Below are positions 62,751 through 64,000 of a DNA stretch of 64,000 bases, piece by piece (positions within the stretch are counted from its first letter, which is position 1; every line of letters begins with the position of its first letter). The DNA comes from Phoronis australis (Eukaryota; Animalia; Phoronida). Location: positions 417,267 through 481,266 of the forward strand of contig NMRA01000091.1 in assembly GCA_002633005.1 (NCBI GenBank), given 5' to 3'. Under the pieces are notes generated by a model, which saw only the letters and a list, made by a program, of their open reading frames with translations, made no database searches and was not told the DNA's origin. Made by a program: the position numbers and the translations under genes.

Positions 62751-63206
62751 TTACAGTGTGATACACATTGCTTTGGGAGACATTTTGTTATAAATGTGAT
62801 TAAACAAAAAATGGAGCCCTTTGCAATGAGATTCAAAAATAACCTTAATGATCACTACCTGAAACTAATTGCTCTGCTGCGGTCTTTAATTGCTGTCATG
62901 GCTTAAGTGTCTGATAATTGGTTTTTGTGTTCTATGCTTGCTTTCACTTTGTTTGAGTTACGAGTTTTAGTTCAGGCCTGGGTAAACCTTTCTTCAAGAC
63001 TATGCGGTGACTCATGTTCCCGTAGAATCTTAACAAGATTACGGAACTACTTAATATTAAAAAGTCTCAAAAGAAGTTACTATTCAGTTGCTAAGCGCCC
63101 ACACGTTATATGCCATCACCCCTGTCTATCCGTTTGGCAACCAGGGCTGTTCCTCCAAAATCCTCTCAGCGGAACTTTCATGCCAATGTGCAATAAAAGA
63201 ATAGGG

Positions 63207-64000
63207 TCACTTATCAGTTTGGACCACCCCTGTTTTGTATAAAGTGATATTTATAAACATTCTTCTATGGGTAAAGAGATACCTGAAGTTCTTGAATTCA
63301 GGATTGATGGGAAGGCTAAAGGGTGAAAAATAAATTTCTGTGATTTCTTTTTCATTATAATAATTACTTAACCGCACATAATTGTCGGGTTTTTGTGCAA
63401 AAATATGGATAGTACAATTTTTAACCCAATCTTTACTACAACTATTATAATTAATTAATTGAAAGTTGCTACAACCAATAGATCTTGGTTCTAGTTCGCC
63501 AAAATGCTTCCTCAATGCACTAACAACCATATTATATTGCAATATACAAAAATTCTTGAGATTGTATATATTTCTGATAAAATCCTAGCCAAGAATATTG
63601 TTTACATTATCTAGAATGTCTTTGCAAAATAACAGTCCCGCTTCAAACATTTCCCAACACAATACTGATTTGTTGCAAATTAAAATGTTTTGATTATTCC
63701 ACAAGACTTGTTTGTTAATAGGAATATTCTTAAAAACTTCTATATTCAAAGGCTCCAAGCTTTTAAGCACTTCAGTATAAAAGGAATTGCTAATTGGCAT
63801 TTTCAAATTTCTTAAACAGAATTTTGAAAAGAAAATAAGACCACCACCCAATTTAGTGAAAAGAGACTTGGGTTAAAATTTCCAACTACCATTTCCTCGT
63901 GAATTTAAACGTTTGACCCAATTGATTTTGAGTCGATTTTTAATTATTTCCACACTAAGGTATTTTAACCGTCCTTCATATGGAAGTACAGTGACAGATT
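63207..64000 (-). mobile_element. L1/Tx1-clade LINE ORF2 C-terminal fragment, decayed
   Basis: LKINWVKRL...W, then QVLWNNQNILICNKS..W..AGL..KDI, typical of the post-RT region of Tx1-like LINEs; frameshifted; continues past the window. Confidence 0.75.

Overview
Intron-rich, AT-rich animal (invertebrate bilaterian-type) genomic DNA from a draft assembly, with one single N at 23644 and an N gap at 49488-49749. Two protein-coding genes are arranged head to head. (1) On the minus strand is a complete ZMYND11/BS69 orthologue with 13 coding exons (34374 to 13250, about 602-612 aa; WH-PHD-bromo-Zn-PWWP-coiled coil-MYND). (2) On the plus strand are coding exons 1-7 of FTCD (formimidoyltransferase-cyclodeaminase, 37659-60997), which continues beyond the window. 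All exon phases were checked by hand and join in frame. A 2.1-kb tandem duplication repeats the Zn and PWWP exons of ZMYND11 across the single N and is most likely an uncollapsed second haplotype. The rest is a dense mobile-element landscape: a DINE-1/Helentron-like (HINE) family with 420-450-bp internal repeats that inserts into itself, a TTAA-flanked Kolobok-like element, CAGGG-ended MITEs with an apparent 6-bp TSD, several long foldback elements, two decayed Penelope-like retroelements, a Tx1/L1-type LINE end, tRNA-derived SINEs and minisatellites. I found no convincing novel enzymatic or defence system. The best leads are the self-nesting HINE array, the ZMYND11-FTCD divergent pair (possible ancestral linkage), the duplicated exon pair and the intronic foldbacks.
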